Below, in pieces: positions 18,413 to 26,174 of a stretch of DNA of 64,000 bases. Positions within the stretch are counted from its first letter, which is position 1, and every line of letters starts with the position of its first letter. The notes beneath the pieces were generated by a model. That model did no database searches and was not told where the DNA came from. It saw only the letters and a program-made list of their open reading frames with translations. Origin of the DNA: a virus (lineage: Duplodnaviria > Caudoviricetes). The position numbers and the translations under genes were made by a program. Location: IMG/VR virus record IMGVR_UViG_3300042885_001472; one strand, given 5' to 3'.

Positions 18413-18444
18413 TTTGGTTTGTATTGTTTTTGTATATACATTTG
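18413..18444 (+). promoter_or_regulatory. cassette 22 promoter facing the integrase
   Basis: TTTG 18413-18416, 20 nt, TACATTTG 18437-18444 (Bacteroidetes consensus). Confidence 0.7.
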
Positions 18445-18470
18445 CGTTACAATAATTAAATAAAAACAAA

Positions 18471-18749
18471 ATGACAAACGAACAATTAAACGCTATGAGC
18501 GTATCAGATTTAAGAGAATTAAATTCAAGAGTAATAGCTTATATTAAGTTTAAAAACTCAATGGCTAGTGGTGAAAACAAATCCAAAATATCAGTAGGTA
18601 TGACGGTAACGATTAAAACCAATAATCCTCTATTATTAGATTCTGTTTTTACTTTGGAAAAGATAAATAAAAAAAATGCTGTTTGTAGAGATATTAAAAC
18701 TCAACAAACTTGGAATGTTTTAATTTGTAACGTTATAGAAAAACCATAA
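18471..18749 (+). CDS. cassette 22 ORF a, hypothetical
   Basis: ORF track. Confidence 0.75.
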   Translation: MTNEQLNAMSVSDLRELNSRVIAYIKFKNSMASGENKSKISVGMTVTIKTNNPLLLDSVFTLEKINKKNAVCRDIKTQQTWNVLICNVIEKP

Positions 18750-18916
18750 TGGAAAAGAAAAAACGAGATGTAAGCCTTCCAAAAAGGTTTAATTCAGAAG
18801 ATGTAAATAAATGGCAAGAACAAGCTAATTTAACAACTGGTGGTAATCTTACCTTATGGATGGAAAACACATTGAATAACGCTGTAAAGAAGCAAAATGT
18901 CAAATCGAAGCAGTAA
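18749..18916 (+). CDS. cassette 22 ORF b (55 aa), RHH/CopG-like
   Basis: Manual translation MEKKKRDVSLPKRFNSEDVNKWQEQAN..GNLTLWMENTLN; TAATG coupling. Confidence 0.55.
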   Translation: MEKKKRDVSLPKRFNSEDVNKWQEQANLTTGGNLTLWMENTLNNAVKKQNVKSKQ

Positions 18917-18928
18917 CGTAGCATTTGC

Positions 18929-18960
18929 CACTAACTATTATATATAAACAAGTATAGTCT
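18929..18960 (-). other. attI-like site
   Basis: Lone CACTAAC core with no partner arm, about 46 bp upstream of the integrase; bottom strand GTTTATATATAATA-GTTAGTG. Confidence 0.6.
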
Positions 18961-18981
18961 AAACCCTTTAATAACAATACT

Positions 18982-19782
18982 TTGAACCAAAAAATTATAA
19001 AGATTTGTGAAGAAAAGTTTATATATTTAAACTATTCTCCAAGAACAAAGGATAACTATTTAATCCACATAAAATACTTTCTAAAATCTTTAGGGGATAA
19101 ACAAATCATCCATTGTAACTCTAAAGACTTCCAGTCTTATTTGGATAATTATAACTTCACATCTGTTTCACAACAAAACCAGATTATTAACTCAATCAGA
19201 TTCTTATATAAATTTGGGTTAAATAAAAAATACGATAAAGTTTCATTCAAACGACCAAAATCTGAAAAGAAGTTACCCCAGGTAATTGATCATTATCATA
19301 TAAAAGAGTCGTTATCTAAAATTAATAATCTTAAACACAAAACAATCTTATCTATAACATATTCAGTTGGGTTAAGAGTTTCTGAGGTTATAAATCTAAA
19401 AATAGAAGATATTGATTCAAGGAGAATGATCATCCATATTAAAAACGCTAAAGGTAGGAAAGATAGGATAGTTCCACTTTCTCAAAACATATTAGATTTA
19501 TTGAGGGTTTACTATAAAGAATATAGACCGGTGGAATACTTATTTAATGGTCAAAATAATCTACAATATACTTCTACTAGTTGTAATCAAATTGTTAAAA
19601 AACATTTAGGTGAAAAATATCATATCCACCAGTTAAGACATAGTTGTGCGACAAATCTCCTTGAAAATGGTACTGATTTAAAATTAATACAAAAAATATT
19701 AGGTCATTCTTCAGTAAAAACGACAGAAATTTATACACACGTTTCAAATCAAATGTTGAGTAAAATAAATCTACCAATTTAG
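18982..19782 (+). CDS. tyrosine recombinase (integron-integrase-like, no IntI insertion)
   Basis: TTG start; YSPRTKDNY SAM-like N-terminus; GLRVSE (R), AKGRKDR (K), HQLRH, LGHSS, TEIYT catalytic set. Confidence 0.92.
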   Translation: MNQKIIKICEEKFIYLNYSPRTKDNYLIHIKYFLKSLGDKQIIHCNSKDFQSYLDNYNFTSVSQQNQIINSIRFLYKFGLNKKYDKVSFKRPKSEKKLPQVIDHYHIKESLSKINNLKHKTILSITYSVGLRVSEVINLKIEDIDSRRMIIHIKNAKGRKDRIVPLSQNILDLLRVYYKEYRPVEYLFNGQNNLQYTSTSCNQIVKKHLGEKYHIHQLRHSCATNLLENGTDLKLIQKILGHSSVKTTEIYTHVSNQMLSKINLPI

Positions 19783-19784
19783 AA

Positions 19785-19816
19785 TTTGTTTTTTTAAATA
19801 AAATATATTATATTTG
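19785..19816 (+). promoter_or_regulatory. Bacteroidetes-type promoter after the element
   Basis: TTTG 19785-19788, 20 nt, TATATTTG 19809-19816. Confidence 0.65.
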
Positions 19817-19820
19817 TTGG

Positions 19821-20231
19821 ATGAAAATAGAAATACCATTATACGATATTAAAATTAAGTTTTACTTTGACTATGATTTAGGTAAACCCATTAAAAAGAT
19901 AAAGAAAAAACATAATAAGAAAAAACTTTATAATGTAAGAAGTAAAATTGATTTTTATGGAATTGTTATTGGTGAGTTTATACCAAAGAATAAGTTAATT
20001 TATGTTTTAATAGAAAAAACTAAAAATGGTATTAATGTGGATACATTAACTCACGAAATATATCATTTAACAACCAAAATAATGGAACACAATAACTTCA
20101 AATTTAATAAAACAGATGAACCTTTTGCGAATTTAAATGGGAAGTTAAATTCAATTATTATGTGTGAATTAATTAAACGAAAGGTGAAATTATATTACCC
20201 AATTGAAACTAAAAAAATAAAAATAAAATAA
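19821..20231 (+). CDS. HExxH-motif protein
   Basis: TLTHEIYH. Confidence 0.55.
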   Translation: MKIEIPLYDIKIKFYFDYDLGKPIKKIKKKHNKKKLYNVRSKIDFYGIVIGEFIPKNKLIYVLIEKTKNGINVDTLTHEIYHLTTKIMEHNNFKFNKTDEPFANLNGKLNSIIMCELIKRKVKLYYPIETKKIKIK

Positions 20232-20234
20232 ATT

Positions 20235-20441
20235 ATGAAAAAATCAGAACAAATTGAAGAAATTGGGACTGCGATTAGTGAATGTTTGAATAAGTTGTAT
20301 GAAACTAAAGAACATTTATCATTTAACCCATTCCCTAAGATGTATCACCCAACAGAGGATTCTTTAAACATACCATTGATTGTTGATGGTAACAAAATTA
20401 TTATTGAAGTAAAATCAGTTTTAGATTATAATATGGTGTGA
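20235..20441 (+). CDS. hypothetical protein
   Basis: ORF track. Confidence 0.6.
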   Translation: MKKSEQIEEIGTAISECLNKLYETKEHLSFNPFPKMYHPTEDSLNIPLIVDGNKIIIEVKSVLDYNMV

Positions 20442-20626
20442 AAAAAACTTGTAAGGAATGTCCTTGGGTTATTAGGAATAAACATAATGATGTGATCATT
20501 AAATTTTCTGAACAAACCGGTAAGAACCATAATTGTCATATGAGTAATGAGGGTAAAATTAACTTATGGTTGGTTAAAAAAAATAGTGAATGTATTGGTA
20601 GAAAACAATTTAATAATTTAAAATAA
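20438..20626 (+). CDS. Cys-rich hypothetical protein
   Basis: CKECPW..CHM..CIG. Confidence 0.6.
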   Translation: MKKTCKECPWVIRNKHNDVIIKFSEQTGKNHNCHMSNEGKINLWLVKKNSECIGRKQFNNLK

Positions 20627-20632
20627 ATAAAC

Positions 20633-20962
20633 ATGAGCGGTGGTCACTGGGACTACATCCAGTATAGATTTACTGATGTAGTGGAAGACATTAAAAGTCT
20701 TATTGAAAAAAATGGTAGAGAGAAAACCAAAGAAGAGATGAAAGATGAAGGGTGGGGAGATCCTAACTGGTATGAAAAGTATCCAGAAGATAAGTTCCAC
20801 ACCAAATATCCGGATGAAGTGATTGAAGAGTTTAAAAATGGGGTTGAAGTTATTGGGAAAGCTCAAGTTTACTTACAGAGAATGGATTGGTTATTGAGTG
20901 GTGATGATGGTGAAGAATCATTTATAAGACGATTAAAAAAAGATTTAGATAACTTAAAATAA
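20633..20962 (+). CDS. conserved phage hypothetical protein (MSGGHWDY)
   Basis: ORF track. Confidence 0.7.
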   Translation: MSGGHWDYIQYRFTDVVEDIKSLIEKNGREKTKEEMKDEGWGDPNWYEKYPEDKFHTKYPDEVIEEFKNGVEVIGKAQVYLQRMDWLLSGDDGEESFIRRLKKDLDNLK

Positions 20963-20968
20963 ATAATA

Positions 20969-21286
20969 ATGTCTAATACATATTACAATCCCTGGTACTA
21001 TTATATTGATAAAACTTTAATTAAAAAGAAAAAACCTTGTGTACCTGGGAATCAAATACATTTACACAATCTTAATGGTTGTTATACCGTACACCATGTG
21101 GAAGTTGGTGGGTTCTATATTCTTAAGGATAGAGTTTATATTAAAAAACCTTGGAGTGAATTTAAATGTCTTAAGGGTTATGGTGAGAGTGTTGAATCAA
21201 AAATGAAAAAAAATATTAAATCATTATTACGTTATAATGATGAGATAAGAACTAATCTTAATTGTATGTTAAATTTAATAAGATAA
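20969..21286 (+). CDS. hypothetical protein
   Basis: ORF track. Confidence 0.6.
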   Translation: MSNTYYNPWYYYIDKTLIKKKKPCVPGNQIHLHNLNGCYTVHHVEVGGFYILKDRVYIKKPWSEFKCLKGYGESVESKMKKNIKSLLRYNDEIRTNLNCMLNLIR

Positions 21287-21978
21287 ATATGATAAATATG
21301 ATAAATATGATAAAAAACAAAACACCCTATGTGGGTAAAATAAAGTTAAAATTTGAGAAATATCCTCACTACACTGGTAGAAGTGTCTTGAATAAAGTAC
21401 ATATCAATTTGGGGTTTACTAAACTGGTTTCAAGGATGTATCCCAAAAGAACAAAATATGGTTGGGTTGTTGACACCTATAAACTTAGATTAATTGAGAA
21501 TTTTACCGGTGGTATTGTTGATGAACATTGGGTTGATAAACGTCAACCTAAAGAGGAATTTACACTCCACAACTCATTTTTAAGTAAAGATGGTAATTAT
21601 ATAGGTGACATTGAAAAGGGTTGGTGGTATTATGAAAATAATTTTAAAGTTTGTGATGATTATCCTCACGGTGTGGCTGAAGTCTGGGGTTCTGGAGAAC
21701 TAAAGAGTTATTATGGTTACACCCATAGAGGTGGTAGTTATTTCACCATTAATGATAGATTGTTTGATGAAAACTGGTTACCACAGGTTTTTGAAATTAG
21801 AACCAAATGGGTTGATGATTATGAAGAATTCAGTAATACTAAATTAGAAGGATTTGATCAGGAAACTATAGGTAAATTGATTAGCTACGTACCATTTAAA
21901 GAACGTGGTGATAAGGTTATAGAAACTATGGAAGAAGCTAAACAAGCTGCTAAAAATCTTTCTAAATATTTATCATAA
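21262..21978 (+). CDS. hypothetical protein
   Basis: ORF track; start uncertain because ATAAATATG is repeated three times at 21283-21309. Confidence 0.65.
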   Translation: MYVKFNKINMINMINMIKNKTPYVGKIKLKFEKYPHYTGRSVLNKVHINLGFTKLVSRMYPKRTKYGWVVDTYKLRLIENFTGGIVDEHWVDKRQPKEEFTLHNSFLSKDGNYIGDIEKGWWYYENNFKVCDDYPHGVAEVWGSGELKSYYGYTHRGGSYFTINDRLFDENWLPQVFEIRTKWVDDYEEFSNTKLEGFDQETIGKLISYVPFKERGDKVIETMEEAKQAAKNLSKYLS

Positions 21979-21985
21979 AGTTACT

Positions 21986-22312
21986 ATGGATAAATTAAAA
22001 GATGTATTTTACCGAATTCAATATTTGGATAATAAAAACGAAAGGGAGTTTCAAAAGAAAATTATTAAAACAATGGAAGAACTTGGTGAACTGGCCGCGG
22101 TTTACCTTGAGGAAGATGGTTATAAATTGGTTGAGGAAAAACGTACACCGGAAGAAATTGATAAACATAAATTGGAAGAGGGTTGTGATGTATTGATCCA
22201 GGCCTTTTCATTATTAGCTCATATGGGTTATAGTCTTAGTCAGATTACTGAAATGTGTGATCATAAATGTGATGTTTGGGAACAAAAACTAAAAAAAATC
22301 AAAAAGGTGTGA
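21986..22312 (+). CDS. MazG-like nucleotide pyrophosphohydrolase
   Basis: KTMEELGELA..EEGCDVL. Confidence 0.75.
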   Translation: MDKLKDVFYRIQYLDNKNEREFQKKIIKTMEELGELAAVYLEEDGYKLVEEKRTPEEIDKHKLEEGCDVLIQAFSLLAHMGYSLSQITEMCDHKCDVWEQKLKKIKKV

Positions 22313-22370
22313 ATAACTCATAGTTGATCATATTTATATTTAAAATAATTAAACTTTAACAAATATTATA

Positions 22371-22883
22371 ATGGAGCCAATTAAAATTTTAACACCTATA
22401 AAATTAAACGAATCTATCATTACATTACTAACAGAAAGACTTAAAGATGAGTATACAGCTCATTATTTCTATAGAAACGCAGCTAATTGGTGTAGAGACG
22501 CTAATTATGTTAAAGCAACAGCTTTTTTTGAAGGTGAGGCTAATAACGAACTTGAACACGCTAAAATGTTACAAGATTATATTACCAGTTGGAATGTAGT
22601 TCCTATGATACCACCGGTAACACCTGATACAACTAAATTTGATAATTTAATTCAAATCGTTAATGGTGGTTATAAATTAGAATATAATTTATTAGTTGAT
22701 TACAATGAAACATCAAGTAAATTATTTACTATTGATTTAACAACATTTGATTTTTTACAACAATTTAGAAAAATTCAGAATGATTCTGTCGCTGAATATA
22801 GTGATTTATTAAACGCGGCTAACTTAGTTAATGTTAATAATAAATTTGAAGTACTTTATTTTGAAGGTAAATATTTTAAATAA
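22371..22883 (+). CDS. ferritin-like protein
   Basis: EYTAHYFY..FFEGEANNELEHAKML..FLQQFRKIQ. Confidence 0.8.
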   Translation: MEPIKILTPIKLNESIITLLTERLKDEYTAHYFYRNAANWCRDANYVKATAFFEGEANNELEHAKMLQDYITSWNVVPMIPPVTPDTTKFDNLIQIVNGGYKLEYNLLVDYNETSSKLFTIDLTTFDFLQQFRKIQNDSVAEYSDLLNAANLVNVNNKFEVLYFEGKYFK

Positions 22884-22900
22884 TCTTTATAATATTTAAT

Positions 22901-23311
22901 ATGAAATTTTTAATTAAAAAGCTATTAAAAGAAAGTGTTGATAATAGAGGTTATCAAGTAATTAAAAAATTGTTTACAATTAATGATGATATAGAATTCC
23001 ACATTCAAATTTTTATTGATAACTGGGCTTCTGGTATGGAAATGTCCAATTTATATGGAGAAGAAATTACTTCAGTACAAATGTGTAAAGATGATAATGA
23101 ATGTATCTGTGAATTCTATAGAGATATGGTTGACTGGTGTAAAATAATGTTACAAAAAGATGATTTTTTAAAAAAATTAGTATTTGATGAAGATGACACT
23201 TTATTTTATTTAAGGCCTTATAGTTATATGGAATTAGGTTTTTCTGGGGAAGAAGTGATGAATTACTATCGTAGATTGTTTATTGAATTAAGTGAAAAAA
23301 ATGATTGTTAA
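22901..23311 (+). CDS. leader-family hypothetical protein (MKFLIKKLLKES)
   Basis: ORF track; shared N-terminal leader. Confidence 0.65.
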   Translation: MKFLIKKLLKESVDNRGYQVIKKLFTINDDIEFHIQIFIDNWASGMEMSNLYGEEITSVQMCKDDNECICEFYRDMVDWCKIMLQKDDFLKKLVFDEDDTLFYLRPYSYMELGFSGEEVMNYYRRLFIELSEKNDC

Positions 23312-23377
23312 AAATAATAATTAAAATTTGTTTATATTAAAAATATTTCATACCTTTACGTCCTAAAGATATAAAAT

Positions 23378-24079
23378 ATGATAAATACACCCTTACAAAA
23401 AATTCTATTCATTGACATTGAGACAGTTGGTATTGAAGCTAACTGGAGTTCATTCACACAATACCATAAAGAATTATCCCTAAAATTTGAGGGTTATATG
23501 GATTGGTTTAAGAAAAGATTTCCTGAATGTAACGACATGCGTCCCGCTGAAATGTTTACAAGTAAAGCCGCTTTAGTACCGGAATTCGCTAAAATTGTTT
23601 GTGTCAGTGTTTGTTTTGTGACACCAGAAGGTGAACCAAAAGTTCAATCTTTCCATAATGATGATGAATCTAAAATGTTAGTTGAAGTTAGAGATCTATT
23701 GAATAAAGTTCATAAATTAGATTTCCAATTATGTGGTCATAACCTTAAAAACTTTGACATACCTATGATGACAAAACGTATGGTTATCCATGGTATTTTA
23801 CCACCAAAAATATTCCCATCGTATGATACTAAACCATGGGATGTTAAAGTGATTGACACTAAAGATATTTGGCAGTTTGGTAGTTTCGCAGCCCTTTCAT
23901 CACTTGAATTAGCTTGTGTTAGTTTGGGTATTAGTTCTTCAAAAAATACTGGTGTATCTGGTGATCAGGTTCATAATGTTTATTGGAATGAAAAGGGTAT
24001 TGATCGTATTGTTACTTATTGTGAGGAAGATGTTAAAGTTTTAATAGAGTTAATACAAAAATTAAAAGATTTGAAGTAA
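23378..24079 (+). CDS. DnaQ/PolB-like 3'-5' exonuclease
   Basis: FIDIET, GHNLKNFDIP, YCEEDV; promoter TTTG-N20-TACCTTTA at 23327-23358. Confidence 0.85.
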   Translation: MINTPLQKILFIDIETVGIEANWSSFTQYHKELSLKFEGYMDWFKKRFPECNDMRPAEMFTSKAALVPEFAKIVCVSVCFVTPEGEPKVQSFHNDDESKMLVEVRDLLNKVHKLDFQLCGHNLKNFDIPMMTKRMVIHGILPPKIFPSYDTKPWDVKVIDTKDIWQFGSFAALSSLELACVSLGISSSKNTGVSGDQVHNVYWNEKGIDRIVTYCEEDVKVLIELIQKLKDLK

Positions 24080-24366
24080 TGGGTAGAGTAGCTGCTAAAT
24101 TAAATTATAATCCAGAGACGATGGAATGTTGTTTAACATTACCAACTTACCACCCCAATAAAGAAGGTTTAATGACTAATTACATACCTTCTAATAACCT
24201 TGGTCTAATAAAAGATGATCAACATATGGATTTACCTATTATGTATTATAATTTAACACCTTATTTCGTTAAAAATAATAAAAATAAGGGTAATAAATGT
24301 TACATTGATTTAGATGAGGTTGGTAGGATAAAAGAAATTGAAGGTAAAGTTATAATAACATTTTAA
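24079..24366 (+). CDS. hypothetical protein
   Basis: ORF track. Confidence 0.6.
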   Translation: MGRVAAKLNYNPETMECCLTLPTYHPNKEGLMTNYIPSNNLGLIKDDQHMDLPIMYYNLTPYFVKNNKNKGNKCYIDLDEVGRIKEIEGKVIITF

Positions 24367-24414
24367 AATATATGTTTTTTATTAATCTAACTATATTTAT
24401 AATAAAAACGAAAT

Positions 24415-24771
24415 ATGAAAAAAGTAATTAAATTAAAAGAAAGTGATTTGGCCAGAATGGTTAAACAAATTATGAAAGAATCTAAATATGATTTTGATTA
24501 TGAACCACAAATCATGGAACCAGATACTGATACCGATACACAAGTTGATGTTCCGGATAGAGGTAGAGAAACTAGAAAAAATCCTTTCATTATGCCAAGA
24601 AGAAATGATGAAGAAGATCCATTACCAGATTTAGAACCACAAGGTCGTTTTAAAAATAGAGAAAGAATGAAACCAAGTTTCAAAAGTGAAAGTATGAAAA
24701 AATTAAGAGGAGAGTCTAAAGATCTTGAATCTATTATGTCTAAATACCTTAAAAATAAAAGAGAAAAATAA
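24415..24771 (+). CDS. leader-family protein (MKKVIKLKESDLARMVKQIMKES)
   Basis: ORF track; shared leader. Confidence 0.7.
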   Translation: MKKVIKLKESDLARMVKQIMKESKYDFDYEPQIMEPDTDTDTQVDVPDRGRETRKNPFIMPRRNDEEDPLPDLEPQGRFKNRERMKPSFKSESMKKLRGESKDLESIMSKYLKNKREK

Positions 24772-25748
24772 TGAAAAGAAGTTTAATTGAAAGAGCTTTA
24801 TCTGATTTCTTACCTGACGAATTTAAAAAAAAATCTAAGGAAAGTGCGTTAGAAAGAGTTAGGGAGAAAGGTGCGTCTAGTAGTAAATTTGTTAATTCTA
24901 TGTTTACCGCACCACAACTTGAAGGTGCTGATAAACAAAAATTAGTTAGTTTAGCTAAAAAAGCTTTATTCAGAATTTATCCTGATCTTAAAGAAGCTGT
25001 TAAAGGTGGTCATGTTATAATTGACGCTGATTTATCCGGTGGTAGTGGTGGTAGAACAACCCCACAAAAAATCAGTCCTTCAGAAGTAGAAAGAGTTTCT
25101 ACTAAGTATCCTCAGTTCGCTGAATTAAAAAAGAAAAGAGAATATACTAACGCTATGACACAAGGTAAATCTTGGGATACTGGTTTTAATTATATCTACG
25201 CTCTTAGAGACGAATTGGAGAATATTAATCCAGAGTTATATGATACCTATGTAGATTTCATTGAAGGTGCGTCTGAGTACTACTTTAATAATACTGAACA
25301 ATTAGAAAGGATGGCTTCTCAGACATCTGGTAGGGTAGCTTATGTTGATGTTAGTAGAGATGAAGATGGTACTGTTAGAATTGAAGCTAGAGCCCCATTA
25401 TTTCCATTATTATTACATGAACTAGTTAAGGGGGCTGAATACTTTAGAAGTAGTCATTCTTTACCTAAAGAAAAAGAATTACGTCAAACTTTATTAAAAA
25501 CTACTGATACACATAAAGGTGAGATTCAAAGTATGAATTATGGTAGATTTATCGTAAGAAAAATGAGAGAATTTTTAGGTGATAACGTATCTGAGTATCA
25601 ACCAAGTATGGAGGTTAATATTGTTAATGAATTAGAATCTCTACCTGAACGTGAGTTTAATGAATTGATGGATGGATTTTTAAATAATGAACAAGCCGCG
25701 TATAATAAACTTAAACGTTTGGCTGAAGATGTCATTAAAGACTTATAA
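24771..25748 (+). CDS. hypothetical protein with HELVKG motif
   Basis: 325-aa ORF. Confidence 0.7.
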   Translation: MKRSLIERALSDFLPDEFKKKSKESALERVREKGASSSKFVNSMFTAPQLEGADKQKLVSLAKKALFRIYPDLKEAVKGGHVIIDADLSGGSGGRTTPQKISPSEVERVSTKYPQFAELKKKREYTNAMTQGKSWDTGFNYIYALRDELENINPELYDTYVDFIEGASEYYFNNTEQLERMASQTSGRVAYVDVSRDEDGTVRIEARAPLFPLLLHELVKGAEYFRSSHSLPKEKELRQTLLKTTDTHKGEIQSMNYGRFIVRKMREFLGDNVSEYQPSMEVNIVNELESLPEREFNELMDGFLNNEQAAYNKLKRLAEDVIKDL

Positions 25749-25751
25749 ATT

Positions 25752-25778
25752 AAAAACCCTCTAAATGAGGGTTTTTTT
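25752..25778. terminator. bidirectional terminator
   Basis: AAAAACCCTC..GAGGGTTTTTTT between convergent genes. Confidence 0.75.
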
Positions 25779-25785
25779 ATGTCTT

Positions 25786-26154
25786 TTAATTTAAGAATAC
25801 ATCTGATATTTCATCATAATAAAGTTTTGAGACATCACTATCATCCATATCTTTAACTTCATCAAAACCTAACGCGTAAAGTAAATCCCTCATTTCATCA
25901 TAATAATATGGAATGTCTAACCAACTAGGTAAACCTTGGATATACTCAATAAAAGCTTTCTTTAAACCATATCGTTTTATAATAAAACCATATTCACTTT
26001 CAAAAGTTTCTAAACCAACATTTATTTTATCTTTGTCACTAACATCTTTATCTTCAAATTCAATTGAGTCTAATACAAAATTCTTTAATTCTTTATACTT
26101 GTCTGAATAGTTTTCTTTTAATAGAGTTTTAATTATTTTTTTAAGTTCTTTCAT
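25786..26154 (-). CDS. leader-family hypothetical protein (MKELKKIIKTLLKEN)
   Basis: ORF track. Confidence 0.7.
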   Translation of the reverse strand: MKELKKIIKTLLKENYSDKYKELKNFVLDSIEFEDKDVSDKDKINVGLETFESEYGFIIKRYGLKKAFIEYIQGLPSWLDIPYYYDEMRDLLYALGFDEVKDMDDSDVSKLYYDEISDVFLN

Positions 26155-26174
26155 ATTAGTAAATATTTATAGTT

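Larger units (their letters stand above)
9055..19782. mobile_element. integron-like element: 22 attC-like sites, 22 cassettes, attI-like half-site, tyrosine recombinase
   Basis: Regular NNNTAAC..GTTANNN palindromes between short co-oriented ORFs, complementary cassette ends, adjacent integrase. Confidence 0.9.

Noticed and set aside
11554-18477. Minus-strand ORFs 11554-11805, 14187-14375, 14701-14907 and 18289-18477
   Set aside because: Shadow frames over attC palindromes or real + strand cassette genes.
9055-18935. CRISPR array
   Set aside because: The repeats are variable-length, non-identical palindromes separated by 110-780 bp gene-bearing units, and no cas genes are present.
18982-19782. 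Lysogeny integrase or XerC/D
   Set aside because: No repressor, excisionase or dif/attP context; it abuts the cassette array at a lone core site.
18982-19782. Canonical intI gene symbol
   Set aside because: Too short and lacks the IntI insertion, so no symbol was assigned.
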